Below, piece after piece: positions 1 to 10,642 of a stretch of 64,000 nt of DNA. The notes under the pieces are model-generated. The model worked only from the letters and a program-made list of their open reading frames with translations, was not told the DNA's origin and did not search any database. Source of the stretch: an uncultured Clostridia bacterium (GTDB taxonomy: Bacteria; Bacillota; Clostridia; TANB77; CAG-508); the NCBI GenBank assembly GCA_947626815.1, contig CANQTN010000002.1:34553-98552 (forward strand), read 5' to 3'. A program made the position numbers and the translations under genes. Each line of letters begins with the position of its first letter. The stretch's first letter is position 1.

Positions 1-75
1 TTAATAGCTATGGTTGTAATATTATATATATCATATAAAATATCAGAAAAAATTTATGATAAAAAACAAATGTAA
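1..75 (+). CDS. 3' end of a probable membrane protein (partial)
   Basis: Open frame 1 LIAMVVILYISYKISEKIYDKKQM* ending at TAA 73-75; hydrophobic segment. Confidence 0.4.
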   Translation, partial: LIAMVVILYISYKISEKIYDKKQM

Positions 76-178
76 GGAGTGTAATTTTATGCAATTTCAT
101 TTTTCAATACTTGAAAAAAATAGAAAATTATAGTATTATGAAAATACTAAAAATTGATTAATGAAGGAGGAATTAAAA

Positions 179-718
179 ATGGAATTAAAAGGAAGTAAAA
201 CAGAAAAAAATTTAATGGAGGCGTTTGCAGGTGAATCACAAGCAAGAAATAAATATACTTATTTTGCAAGTAAAGCAAAAAAAGAAGGATATGAACAAAT
301 AGCAGCATTATTTTTAGAAACAGCAGATAATGAGAAAGAACATGCTAAAATATGGTTTAAATTATTGCAAGGTGGAGATATATTATCTACAACAGAAAAC
401 TTAAAAGCAGCAGCTGAAGGAGAAAATTATGAATGGACAGATATGTATGATAGAATGGCAAAAGAAGCAAAGGAAGAAGGATTTGATCATATTGCATTTT
501 TATTTGAAGAAGTAGGAAAAATAGAAAAGGAACATGAAGAACGATATAGAAAATTATTAACAAATGTTGAGGATGGATTGGTATTTAGTCGTGATGGAGA
601 AAAAATATGGAAATGTAGAAATTGTGGACATATTGTAATTGGAAAACAAGCACCAGAAATTTGTCCAGTATGTAATCACCCAAGAGCATATTTTGAAATT
701 AAAGCAGAGAACTATTAG
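179..718 (+). CDS. rbr: Rubrerythrin
   Basis: [22 protein letters not shown] di-iron motifs, C-terminal CRNCG...CPVC; AAGGAGG RBS before ATG 179. Confidence 0.95.
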   Translation: MELKGSKTEKNLMEAFAGESQARNKYTYFASKAKKEGYEQIAALFLETADNEKEHAKIWFKLLQGGDILSTTENLKAAAEGENYEWTDMYDRMAKEAKEEGFDHIAFLFEEVGKIEKEHEERYRKLLTNVEDGLVFSRDGEKIWKCRNCGHIVIGKQAPEICPVCNHPRAYFEIKAENY

Positions 719-720
719 AA

Positions 721-778
721 AAGAAAACTTTATTATTTAGTATAATTAAAAATACTAAATAGTGAAGTTTCTTTTTTT
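721..778 (+). terminator. Intrinsic terminator after rbr
   Basis: Imperfect inverted repeat aaactttattatttagtat / atactaaatagtgaagttt followed by a T run. Confidence 0.6.
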
Positions 779-855
779 GTAAAATACTTGAAAAATGAAG
801 CTAAAAAACATATAATATATTACGTATAAGATAAAATGAAAATGAAGGAGAAGAA

Positions 856-1605
856 ATGCCAAAATTTTTTGTAACAAGTAAATCGATAGAAAATAGAAAA
901 ATATTAATAACAGGAAATGATGTTAACCATATAAAAAATGTTTTAAGAAAAAAAGAAGGCGAAATTATAAATGTATGTAATTTAGATATGTCAGAAGATT
1001 ATTTATGCAAAATAATGAAACTAGAAGAAAATAGAATACAATTAGAAATATTAGAAAAAATAGATAATAATGTTGAATCAAATATAAAAGTTAGTATATT
1101 TCAAGGTATACCAAAAGCTGATAAAATGGAACTAATTATTCAAAAATCAGTAGAACTTGGTGTATATGATATAACACCAGTAACAATGCAAAGAAGTATA
1201 GTAAAATTAGATGAAAAAGATAAAATAAGAAAAATACAAAGATGGCAAAAAATTTCAGAAGTGGCTTCAAAACAATGTGGAAGAGATATAATTCCTAAAA
1301 TAAATGATATTGTAAATATTAAAAATATTTGCAAATTATGTGCAAATTATGATATAGTAATAGTGGCATATGAAGAAGAAAAAGAAAACAAAATTAAACA
1401 TGTATTACAACAGCTAAAAAAAAGAAAAGAAAAAGACTTAAAGATTGCTATTATAATTGGACCAGAGGGAGGAATTGATGCAACAGAAATAAAATTACTT
1501 CAAGATAATAGTGCTAATATAGTTACTTTAGGCAATAGGATATTACGAACAGAAACGGTGGCGTTGAATGTATTGAGTATAATAATGTATGAGTTTGAAG
1601 AATAA
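856..1605 (+). CDS. rsmE: 16S rRNA m3U1498 methyltransferase RsmE
   Basis: HIKNVLR, KMELIIQKSVELGV, IIIGPEGG, LGNRILRTETV motifs. Confidence 0.95.
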   Translation: MPKFFVTSKSIENRKILITGNDVNHIKNVLRKKEGEIINVCNLDMSEDYLCKIMKLEENRIQLEILEKIDNNVESNIKVSIFQGIPKADKMELIIQKSVELGVYDITPVTMQRSIVKLDEKDKIRKIQRWQKISEVASKQCGRDIIPKINDIVNIKNICKLCANYDIVIVAYEEEKENKIKHVLQQLKKRKEKDLKIAIIIGPEGGIDATEIKLLQDNSANIVTLGNRILRTETVALNVLSIIMYEFEE

Positions 1606-1652
1606 GTACATGAAGTTTTTAATAACCTATTATTAAGGAGAAATAAAAAAGT

Positions 1653-2918
1653 ATGGAAAAAGATAGAAATAAACAAATAGGACCAAAACATGAAAAGAAC
1701 GAATCTCAAAAGAAAAAACAAAAAAGAATTCCAAAAGATATATCACAAGAAGTACTAAAGAAAATATGGGGTAATATATTAAAAGCAATAATGCTTACAT
1801 TATATTTTATTATATTAAACATAGCATATACAGCTATGCAACAAGGAAGATTAGTAAATGATATAGAAGTATTTGCAAGTGCATTTTTAATAGCAGGGAT
1901 TATAGTATTAGAGTTAGCATATAAAAAAGATGATGGAAGTAAAGCATTAAGTGGAATAGAACTTTTAATAATATCTTTGCATAGTTTATCAATTATGCAT
2001 ATTATTACATTATTTAAATATGATTTTAGATTATATTTATTAACTTCTACGTATATTTTTTCAATTTATTATGTATTGAAAGCTATCGTTTTATATACTA
2101 AGGGAAGAAAAGAATATTTAAATAGTTTAAGTGATATATCAGAAATAGTGAAAAAAGAAGAACCAATAAAAAAAGAAGCTAAAAAAAGAACAATATCAAG
2201 TGAATTAGAAAATAATAGTATAGAAGAAAATAAAAAGAGGAAAAAGCCAATAAAACAATATCAAGAAACGGTTAAAAAAAGACGAGAAGTGGCAAGCAAT
2301 ACACAAAAAGTAGAAAATTCACAAGAAAAAGTTGCAAAAACTAAAAAGAAAGCTACAACTTCGAAAACAAGAGCTAATGTTAATAAAGATGGCGAAATTA
2401 AAAGTTCAAAACCTAAAACTGAAACAAGAACAACAAGATCTAAAATTATAAACAAAGAAGAAACATTAGAAGAGAAAGTACCAGTAAAAAAAGCAGTAGC
2501 AAAGACAAAAACTGTCACTAAAAAGGAGCCAGTAGAAGAAAAAGCAACAGTAAGAAAAGTGACTACAAAAGATAGACCTGAAACTAAAAAAGAAACACCA
2601 GAAACAAAAGTAGCAGTTAAAAAAACAGCAACAAAGACTAAGACAACAGTAGCTAAAAAAGAAATGCCAGAGATCAAAGAAAATGTAAAGAAAACATCAA
2701 CAAAGCCAAAAACTACAACTAAAAAGCAAATGCCAGAAACAAAGGTAACAGCTAAAAGAACGGAGGCAAAAGTTGAAACAGTAGCAGAAAATGAAATGCC
2801 AAAGGCAAAACAAACAGACAAAGCAAAATCATCAATTTCAAAAAACAATACTGGTAAAACTAAAAAAACAGGAAAGACAACAAAAGCAAAAACAGAAACT
2901 ACAAAAAATCTTAATTAA
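1653..2918 (+). CDS. Membrane protein (about 4 TM) with long Lys/Thr/Glu-rich low-complexity C-terminal tail
   Basis: Hydrophobic segments at about aa 40-150, followed by degenerate KETPETKVAVKKTATKTKTT-type repeats. Confidence 0.75.
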   Translation: MEKDRNKQIGPKHEKNESQKKKQKRIPKDISQEVLKKIWGNILKAIMLTLYFIILNIAYTAMQQGRLVNDIEVFASAFLIAGIIVLELAYKKDDGSKALSGIELLIISLHSLSIMHIITLFKYDFRLYLLTSTYIFSIYYVLKAIVLYTKGRKEYLNSLSDISEIVKKEEPIKKEAKKRTISSELENNSIEENKKRKKPIKQYQETVKKRREVASNTQKVENSQEKVAKTKKKATTSKTRANVNKDGEIKSSKPKTETRTTRSKIINKEETLEEKVPVKKAVAKTKTVTKKEPVEEKATVRKVTTKDRPETKKETPETKVAVKKTATKTKTTVAKKEMPEIKENVKKTSTKPKTTTKKQMPETKVTAKRTEAKVETVAENEMPKAKQTDKAKSSISKNNTGKTKKTGKTTKAKTETTKNLN

Positions 2919-2954
2919 AAAAGTGATGAATTAAATGTAAAGAGGTAATTTAAA

Positions 2955-3830
2955 ATGATAAGAAGTATGACTGGATATGGAAAAGCTAGTATGATATGTG
3001 ATACAAAAGAATATCAAGTAGAGATAAAAAGTGTAAATCATAGATATTTAGATGTTAGTGTAAAAATGCCAAGAGTGTTAAGTTATTTAGAAGAAAATGT
3101 GAAAAAGGAAATTTCAGCTAAAATAAAAAGAGGAAAAGTAGATGTTTTTATAACATTTTGTGATACTGGAATAGAAGATAAAGACATAAAAATAAATATG
3201 CAAGTTGCTAAAATTTATATTGATGAATTTAAAAAATTAGCTAATCAAGAAAACATTTTAAGTAATATAGAAGTTACAGAAATAGCTAAATTACCAGATG
3301 TTTTAAATATTAAAACAAAACAAGAAGATGAAACTATTAAAAATGAGCTTTTGAGTGTAACAGGTGAAGCAATAAATAATTTATTACAAATGAAAAAGCA
3401 TGAGGGAGAAAGAATAGCAGAAGATTTGATTAATAGAATAAATGTAATAAAAGAAAAAATAGAAAAAATATCTAAGCTTTCTACTGGACTTATTGAAGAA
3501 TATGTAGTAAAATTAAAAGGAAGAATAAAAGAAATATTAAAAGATCAGCAATTGGACGAATCAAGATTAGCACAAGAAGTTGTTATATATGCAGATAAAT
3601 GTTCTATAGAAGAAGAGGTTACCAGATTAAAAAGTCATATATCGCAATTTGAAAAATTATTATATTCAGAAGAAGCAATAGGAAAAAAATTAGACTTTAT
3701 TATCCAAGAGATGAATAGAGAGACAAATACAATAGGTTCAAAAGCGAATTCTTTAGAAATAACAAACGAAGTTATTAATGTAAAAACAGAATTAGAAAAT
3801 ATAAGAGAGCAAATTCAAAATATTGAGTAA
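2955..3830 (+). CDS. yloC: YicC/YloC family endoribonuclease
   Basis: MIRSMTGYG start, [40 protein letters not shown] end. Confidence 0.95.
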   Translation: MIRSMTGYGKASMICDTKEYQVEIKSVNHRYLDVSVKMPRVLSYLEENVKKEISAKIKRGKVDVFITFCDTGIEDKDIKINMQVAKIYIDEFKKLANQENILSNIEVTEIAKLPDVLNIKTKQEDETIKNELLSVTGEAINNLLQMKKHEGERIAEDLINRINVIKEKIEKISKLSTGLIEEYVVKLKGRIKEILKDQQLDESRLAQEVVIYADKCSIEEEVTRLKSHISQFEKLLYSEEAIGKKLDFIIQEMNRETNTIGSKANSLEITNEVINVKTELENIREQIQNIE

Positions 3831-3846
3831 AAGGAGTTTGAGCTAT

Positions 3847-4104
3847 ATGCAATTAGTAAATATTGGTTTTGGAAATATTGTTTCAGCAGAAAGAATTGTA
3901 GCAATTGTAAGTCCAGAATCAGCACCAATTAAAAGAATGGTACAAGAAGCAAAAGACCAAAAAATAGCAGTAGATGCTACATATGGTAGAAGGACAAGAG
4001 CAGTATTAATTATGGACTCGGGTCATATTATATTATCAGCAGTTCAGCCTGAAACTGTAGGAGGAAGAATAGACAAAACGATTTCACAGGATGAGCTCAA
4101 ATAA
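3847..4104 (+). CDS. remA: RemA/DUF370 regulator
   Basis: [28 protein letters not shown]...[11 protein letters not shown]; AAGGAG RBS before ATG 3847. Confidence 0.93.
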   Translation: MQLVNIGFGNIVSAERIVAIVSPESAPIKRMVQEAKDQKIAVDATYGRRTRAVLIMDSGHIILSAVQPETVGGRIDKTISQDELK

Positions 4105-4125
4105 ATTATAAAGGAGGATTTTTAA

Positions 4126-4314
4126 ATGATAGTAGAACCAACAGTAAGTAAATTATTAACAAAAGCTCAAAACAGATACGAATTAGTAATTGCAACGGCA
4201 AGACGTGCGAGACAAATAGCTGAAGGCGATGAGGTAAAAACATCAGTTAAAGAAGAATCACCTGTAACTTTAGCTGCAAATGAAATTGCAGAAGGGAAGG
4301 TAACTATATGTTAG
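4126..4314 (+). CDS. rpoZ: RNA polymerase omega subunit
   Basis: NRYELVIATARRARQI, PVTLAANEIAEGKV. Confidence 0.9.
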   Translation: MIVEPTVSKLLTKAQNRYELVIATARRARQIAEGDEVKTSVKEESPVTLAANEIAEGKVTIC

Positions 4315-4883
4315 TTATATTGTCTGGTGTAGCTGGTGCGGGAAAAGATACTATAAAAAAAGAACTAATAAAAAGAATGGAAAGTGTAGAATCATTACCA
4401 TCTATCACATCTCGTAGTATGAGACCAGGAGATGTAGATGGAGGAACGTATATTTTTGTAAATAAAGAGCAATTTGAAGAAATGATAGAAAATGAGGAAT
4501 TATATGAATATGACGTTCATCATAATCAATATTATGGAACTTCAAGAAAGCTTTTAAATGAAAAAATTAATAGTGGAAAAATAATAGTCAAAGATATTGA
4601 TGTAAATGGTACAGAACACTTAAAAGATTTATTAAAAAATGACACAAAGGTAGTTACAATTTTTTTAAGAGTTCCAAAAGAAGAATTAGAAGAAAGATTA
4701 AAAAATAGGATAGACAAGCCAAGCCCAGCAGAAATTAAATTAAGACTAAATAGATTTGATTATGAGGAATCAAGAATTGATTTATATGACTATGTATTAA
4801 GAAATAATGATTTAGAAAAAACAGTACAAATTATAATGACTATTATAGAAAATGAGAAACGTTTAGAAGATAAAGTAAATTAA
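4308..4883 (+). CDS. gmk: Guanylate kinase
   Basis: LSGVAGAGKDT P-loop, TSRSMRPGDVDGGTYIF, YYGTS, DIDVNG. Confidence 0.9.
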   Translation: MLVILSGVAGAGKDTIKKELIKRMESVESLPSITSRSMRPGDVDGGTYIFVNKEQFEEMIENEELYEYDVHHNQYYGTSRKLLNEKINSGKIIVKDIDVNGTEHLKDLLKNDTKVVTIFLRVPKEELEERLKNRIDKPSPAEIKLRLNRFDYEESRIDLYDYVLRNNDLEKTVQIIMTIIENEKRLEDKVN

Positions 4884-4965
4884 AATAAAGACATGAGAGA
4901 ATATAAAATTTAATCATGTCTTATTAAATACACAAAAAGAGAAGATTTAAAATAGGAGAAAATAG

Positions 4966-7231
4966 ATGATAGCAGAAGTAATAATAAATAGAACAGCTAA
5001 GAAATTAAATAGAACTTTTGATTATCATGTCCCTAAAGTATTAGAGGGACTTATTTTTATTGGAAGCAAAGTTTTAATTCCTTTTGGAAGAGGAAAAGAA
5101 TTAGAAGAAGGCTTTGTTGTAGGTTTAAAAGAAAAAACAAATTATGAAAATGAAATTAAAGATATTGCAAAATTAGAAGAACAGTTAAAAGATGAACAAA
5201 TAGAACTTGCAAAATGGATGTCTAAAAAATATTTTTCAAATATTTCTGAATGTATAAAATTAATGTTAACGCCAGGAACTAGAACAGCAACAAAAATGAA
5301 TAGAGTACAAGATAAAAAGATAAATTGTGTGTATTTAGCAAAAACAATTGAAGAAATAGAATTTGAAATTGAAACAGAAAAAATTAAATCAGAGAAACAT
5401 AAAAAAGTAATAAATTTTGTAAAAGATAATGAAGGAGTTTCAATACCAGAAATAGAAATGTTTACAGGTTGTTCAAGGGCAATTGTAAATACTATGGTAA
5501 AAAATAAATATTTAGAGATAGTAGAAGAAAAGATAGATAGAAATCCATTAAATCTTAAAAATATAGATATTATAAAGCAAAAAGAGCATACAGAAAAATT
5601 AAAGCTTACAGAAGAACAAGAAGAAGCTTACAATCAAGTTGAAAGATATATAGGAATGAATGAGTATAGATCTTTTTTATTACATGGTGTAACAGGTTCT
5701 GGAAAGACAGAAGTGTATTTGCAATTGATTCAAAAAGTATTGGAACAAGAAAAAACAGCAATAATGTTAGTACCAGAAATATCTTTAACACCACAAATGT
5801 TAGATAGATTTATTGCAAGGTTTGGAAAAGATCCAATAGCAATATTACATAGTAAATTATCAATAGGTGAAAGACATGATGAGTGGGAAAAAATAAGAAA
5901 TGGAAAGGCAAAAATAATTATAGGAGCTAGATCGGCAATATTTGCACCAGCAGATAATATAGGAATTATTATAATAGATGAAGAGCATGATAGTTCATAT
6001 AAATCAGAAGCAAACCCTAGGTATGAAACAAAAGAAGTAGCAACATATATAGCAAAACAATATAAGTGTCCATTACTTCTTGGAAGTGCAACACCAGATA
6101 TAAGAACATATTATAATGCAATAAATAATGAAACAGATATCGAATATTTAAGTTTAACTAAAAGAGCTAATAGCGCAAGTTTACCAAAAATAAAATTAGT
6201 AGATTTAAAAGAAGAATTAATTCAGGGAAATCATTCAATGTTGAGTATAGATCTGTATAATGCAATAGAAGATAATTTAAAACAGAAAAAGCAAACAATT
6301 TTGTTTTTAAATCGAAGAGGTTATTCAACATTTATAATGTGCAGAAATTGTGGTTATACGGTAAAATGCAAAAATTGTAATATTAGTATGACATATCATA
6401 GTTATGAAAATAAATTAAAATGTCATTATTGTGGTTATGAAGAAGAATTAGTAAGAATTTGTCCAAAATGTAATAGTGATAAAATAAGATATTTTGGAAC
6501 AGGAACACAAAGATTAGAGCAAGAAATACATAAACAATTTCCAGAGGCACAAACAATTAGAATGGATGTAGACACAGTAACGAAAAAGAATTCTCATGAA
6601 ACAATTTTGGGAAAATTTAAAAATGAAAATATAGATATTTTAATAGGAACTCAAATGGTAGTAAAAGGGCATCATTTTCCAAATGTTACATTAGTAGGAG
6701 TTATTGCGGCAGATAGTTCATTAAATATAGATGATTATAGAGCAAATGAAAGAACATTTCAGATATTAACACAAGTGGCACGGGCGAGCAGGTAGAGAAA
6801 ATTTACCAGGAAATGTTATTATACAAAGTTATAATCCGGAAAATTTTAGTATTCAATGTGCAAAAGAACAAAATTATGAAAAATTTTATGAAACTGAAAT
6901 AGCATTAAGAAAACAATTGAAATATCCGCCATTTTGCGATATAATATTAATAAATTTTAATAGTTTGTCAGAAAATGAGATTAAAAGCATAAGTCAATGG
7001 TTTTATGATTGCTTAGAAGAAGAACTAAATGCAGAAGAGTATAAAATTTATAAACCTATGCCTTCACCAATAGATAAAATAAAAAATAGAATTCGATATA
7101 GGATTATTATAAAAGGTGATATGACTATAAAAACAAATGAAATTTTAAATAAAATATTAAAAAATTTATATGAAAAAAATTTGAAAACAACTAGAATAAC
7201 AATAGATGTAAATCCAAATAATATGGTATAG
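4966..7231 (+). CDS. priA: Primosomal protein N' (PriA), ~754 aa, one +1 shift at CGG 6781
   Basis: GVTGSGKTEVY, DEEHD, Cys clusters; skipping C6781 restores QVA-GRAGR (motif VI) and joins ORF 6917-7231. Confidence 0.93.
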
Positions 7232-7298
7232 ATGGAATTATTTTAAAATTTAATTCTTTTCAACCAGATTTGTGCTTTAGAAAGGAATGGTAGTAAAA

Positions 7299-7775
7299 AT
7301 GGCAATTCGTAATTTAAGATTAGAAGGAGACGAAATTCTAAAAAAGAAATCTAGAGAAATAGAAAATGTGGATGAAAAATTGCAAATATTAATAGATGAT
7401 ATGATTGAAACTATGCATAGATATAATGGTGTTGGTTTAGCCGCAGTCCAAGTAGGAATTTTAAAAAGAGTAATTGTAATTGATTTATATGATAACAAAG
7501 GACCAATTGCTATGATAAACCCAGTTGTTTTAAAGACTAAAGGTGAACATGAAATGGATGAAGGATGCCTAAGTTTTCCAAATCAATTTGCAAAAGTAAT
7601 TAGACCAGAAGAGATAGTAGCAGAATATACAGATAGAAAGGGAAAAAGAAAAAAAATTACAGCAAAAGAGTTATTAGCGCAAGCGATAGTTCATGAAGTT
7701 GATCATTTAAATGGAGAAGTTTTTATAGATAAAATTATTCCTGGTACTTTAGAATATATTGAACCAGAAAAATAA
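7299..7775 (+). CDS. def: Peptide deformylase
   Basis: GVGLAAVQVG, EGCLS, HEVDHLNG. Confidence 0.96.
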   Translation: MAIRNLRLEGDEILKKKSREIENVDEKLQILIDDMIETMHRYNGVGLAAVQVGILKRVIVIDLYDNKGPIAMINPVVLKTKGEHEMDEGCLSFPNQFAKVIRPEEIVAEYTDRKGKRKKITAKELLAQAIVHEVDHLNGEVFIDKIIPGTLEYIEPEK

Positions 7776-7793
7776 AAGAAAAAGGGAGAAAAA

Positions 7794-8756
7794 ATGTTAA
7801 ATATTATTTTTATGGGAACACCAGATTTTGCAAAAGAAAGTTTAGAAGCTATTTATAATGAAAAATATAATATCTGTGGAGTTGTAACAAATCCTGATAA
7901 ACCTAAGGGAAGGGGAATGAAACTGATTCCATCAGAAGTTAAAAAATTTGCAGAAGAAAAAAGTTTAAAAATATATCAACCTGCAAAAATAAAAAATAAT
8001 GAAGAATTTATACAAGAAATTAAAGAATTAAATCCAGATGTTATTTGTGTTGTAGCATATGGAAAAATTTTACCACAGGAAATACTAGATATTCCTAAAT
8101 ATGGATGTATTAATGTACATGGTTCATTATTACCAAAGTATAGAGGAGCAGCACCAATACAATGGGCTATTATAAATGGTGATGAAATAACAGGAATAAC
8201 TACTATGCTAATGGATGCTGGAATGGATACAGGGGATATAATTTTAAGTGAAAAAGTAGAAATAGGAAAAGATGAAACAACAGGAGAACTTTGGGCAAGA
8301 TTAGCTAAGTTAGGTGGAAAACTTTTAGTAGAAACTTTAAATCAAATCCAAAATCAAACAGTTACTTATAAAAAACAAAGTGATGATTTTACAATAGCTC
8401 CAATGCTTTCTAAGGAAATGGCAAAAATAGATTGGAATACAAAATCAGCTATTGAAATTAAAAACTTAGTTAGAGGATTAAATCCAATTATGGGAGCTTA
8501 TACTTATTTGAAAGAAAAGAAAATAAAATTTTGGAAAGTAGAAGTTGCAAATGAAGATGAAATAATAGTAGAAAATTTAAGTTTTATAAAAAATGGTACA
8601 GTTTTGATTTCTGATTTAAAGGATGGAATATTTGTTAAAACTAAAAATGGAATTTTAAAGATTTTAGAAATTCAAGGGGAAAATGCTAAAAGAATGTCAA
8701 TTCAGGAATATTTAAGGGGAAATCCAATTAATGAATTTGATGTATTTGGAATGTAA
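7794..8756 (+). CDS. fmt: Methionyl-tRNA formyltransferase
   Basis: IIFMGTPDFA, INVHGSLLPKYRGAAPIQWA, MDAGMDTGD. Confidence 0.96.
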   Translation: MLNIIFMGTPDFAKESLEAIYNEKYNICGVVTNPDKPKGRGMKLIPSEVKKFAEEKSLKIYQPAKIKNNEEFIQEIKELNPDVICVVAYGKILPQEILDIPKYGCINVHGSLLPKYRGAAPIQWAIINGDEITGITTMLMDAGMDTGDIILSEKVEIGKDETTGELWARLAKLGGKLLVETLNQIQNQTVTYKKQSDDFTIAPMLSKEMAKIDWNTKSAIEIKNLVRGLNPIMGAYTYLKEKKIKFWKVEVANEDEIIVENLSFIKNGTVLISDLKDGIFVKTKNGILKILEIQGENAKRMSIQEYLRGNPINEFDVFGM

Positions 8757-8778
8757 GTATCAATATGATTTATATTAA

Positions 8779-8823
8779 GTATAATTTAGGACAGGTGATT
8801 TTTTTGCCTGTCCTAAATTATAC
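8779..8823 (+). terminator. Strong hairpin/terminator after fmt
   Basis: 17-bp perfect stem gtataatttaggacagg / cctgtcctaaattatac. Confidence 0.7.
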
Positions 8824-8915
8824 CTAAAAAACTAAATAAATTTAATGAAAATAGTTGTAAAAACTGTAAAAAATTGATATACTTAATTACGATAAATGAT
8901 AAGGAGGTTTTTATT

Positions 8916-9350
8916 ATGAATGAAGAAAATCAAGAAAAAAATGAAGGCGAAGTAATAGAAATAGAAGGAGAAATAAAAACAGAAAATGAAGGAATACAAA
9001 TATCTAATGATGTTGTTGCAGTAATTGCAGGAGTGGCAGTATCAGAAGTATCAGGGGTATCTGGAATGTCAGGAGGATTTGCAGGTGGAATATCAGAAGT
9101 ATTAAGTGGAAAGAAAAATTTAGCAAAAGGTATAAAAGTAGATATTACAGATAGTAAAGCAAAAATAGATGTTAATATTATTGTCGAATATGGTTCAAGA
9201 ATACCAGATGTAGCTTTTGAAATTCAAAATAGAGTAAAAAAAGCGGTAGAAAGTATGACAGGATTAAGTGTAGAAGAAGTTAATGTACATGTACAAGGAG
9301 TTAATACAGATACAGCTAAAAAAGAAGAAGTAGGAAACAATGAGGAATAA
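8916..9350 (+). CDS. Asp23/Gls24 family envelope stress protein
   Basis: ISNDVVAVIAGVAVSEVSGV, DVNIIVEYG, VESMTGLSVEEVNVHVQGV; AAGGAGG RBS. Confidence 0.92.
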   Translation: MNEENQEKNEGEVIEIEGEIKTENEGIQISNDVVAVIAGVAVSEVSGVSGMSGGFAGGISEVLSGKKNLAKGIKVDITDSKAKIDVNIIVEYGSRIPDVAFEIQNRVKKAVESMTGLSVEEVNVHVQGVNTDTAKKEEVGNNEE

Positions 9351-9416
9351 ATTTAATATAATAGATTTTTCATGCTATAAAATGTAAATGAAATAAAAAA
9401 AGTAGGAGGAAATGAA

Positions 9417-9971
9417 ATGAAGATCTTAGAAAAAATTACATTAATTATTTATTCAAATATTTTACTAATATTGTCTATTATTTTGTGTTTGTTAATATTT
9501 GGATGGTTAGACATAAATTTGGTAGGAGATTTTGTAGTAAAAGCTATAATGGGTGAAACAACAGGAAAAATAATATTAGGAATGAGCATTTTATTTATTT
9601 TGTTATCAATTAAATGTATATTTTTTGATAGTTCATCAAAAGAAACAATTGGAGAAAGAGAAGGAATACTATTAGAAAATGAAAGTGGAAAACTTATGAT
9701 TTCAAAAGAAACTATTGAAAATTTAGTAAATTCAGTTGCTTTAAATTTTCAAAGTGCAGAAGATGTGACAACAAGAATTGAATTAGATAAAGATAATAAT
9801 GTAAAAGTTTTTGTTAACTTAATTGTAAATGAAGAAGCAATAATAAAAGACTTATCAGCAAATCTTCAAGCAAGAATAAAAGAAAAAGTAAAAGCTGCAA
9901 CAGATTTAGAAGTAAAAGAGGTTAATATTACAGTGAAAAAGGTTGCCCCAAAAAGACCAGAGGAAGTATAG
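9417..9971 (+). CDS. amaP: AmaP-like membrane anchor of alkaline-shock protein
   Basis: Two N-terminal TM helices, GKLMISKETIENLV, EVKEVNITV; follows asp23. Confidence 0.75.
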   Translation: MKILEKITLIIYSNILLILSIILCLLIFGWLDINLVGDFVVKAIMGETTGKIILGMSILFILLSIKCIFFDSSSKETIGEREGILLENESGKLMISKETIENLVNSVALNFQSAEDVTTRIELDKDNNVKVFVNLIVNEEAIIKDLSANLQARIKEKVKAATDLEVKEVNITVKKVAPKRPEEV

Positions 9972-10005
9972 ATTTAATTTAAAAATGAAAGGAATGTGAT
10001 TATAA

Positions 10006-10206
10006 ATGAATTTTAAAGATTTTTGGAATAATTACAAAGGGGCAATTATAGGGGTAATAGTTGCAATATTAATTTTGATTACTAAATTGCATGATTTAAT
10101 ATTGGCAGTTGTTATTATAATTTTAGGAGCGTTTATAGGAAATTATGTACAACAAAATAAAGAAGATGTAAAAACAAAGTTAAAAACATTTATAGATAAA
10201 ATGTAA
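10006..10206 (+). CDS. DUF2273 small membrane protein
   Basis: 66 aa, two TM helices, typical asp23-amaP-DUF2273-nusB context. Confidence 0.75.
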   Translation: MNFKDFWNNYKGAIIGVIVAILILITKLHDLILAVVIIILGAFIGNYVQQNKEDVKTKLKTFIDKM

Positions 10207-10229
10207 TTTATATTTAAAAGGGGAAAGAA

Positions 10230-10632
10230 ATGAATAGAACAGCTATACGAGAAAAAACATTTAAATTAATTTATAGTTTAGAAATACAAAAACAAGAAGA
10301 CTTAACAGAAGCTATACGGATTATATTTAGAAAGTAATAACATAACTGACCAAAATGCAAAAGAATATATTGAAGATGCCATTTTAGGTATTGAAAAGAA
10401 TAAAGAAGAAATAATTGAGCAAATAGAAAAAAATCTAAAATCAGACTGGAAATTAGATAGAATTTCTAAAATAAATCTTGCTATTTTAAAATTAGCTATT
10501 TATGAGATTAAATATAAAAATATACCATTTAAAGTAGTTATAAATGAAGCAGTAGAATTAGCCAAAAAATATGGTGAAGAAACTTCTAAAAATTTTATAA
10601 ATGGAATTTTAGCAAGTGTAGTAAAAGAGTAG
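10230..10632 (+). CDS. nusB: Transcription antitermination factor NusB, ~133 aa, one +1 shift at CGG 10317 (absent from the ORF track)
   Basis: [19 protein letters not shown] in frame 0; skipping C10317 gives GLYLES...[21 protein letters not shown]...[13 protein letters not shown]...FINGILA*. Confidence 0.9.
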
Positions 10633-10642
10633 GAGTATAAGT

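Noticed and set aside
2261-2848. 195-aa minus-strand ORF and similar antisense ORFs (39265-39840, 50882-51442, 57416-57931, 23589-24011)
   Set aside because: Shadows of real genes on the opposite strand, often over low-complexity sequence; no RBS or family motifs.
3991-3993. AGG as a second shifting codon
   Set aside because: In-frame AGG in remA (YGRRTRA) and in other intact genes is read as ordinary Arg with no frame break.
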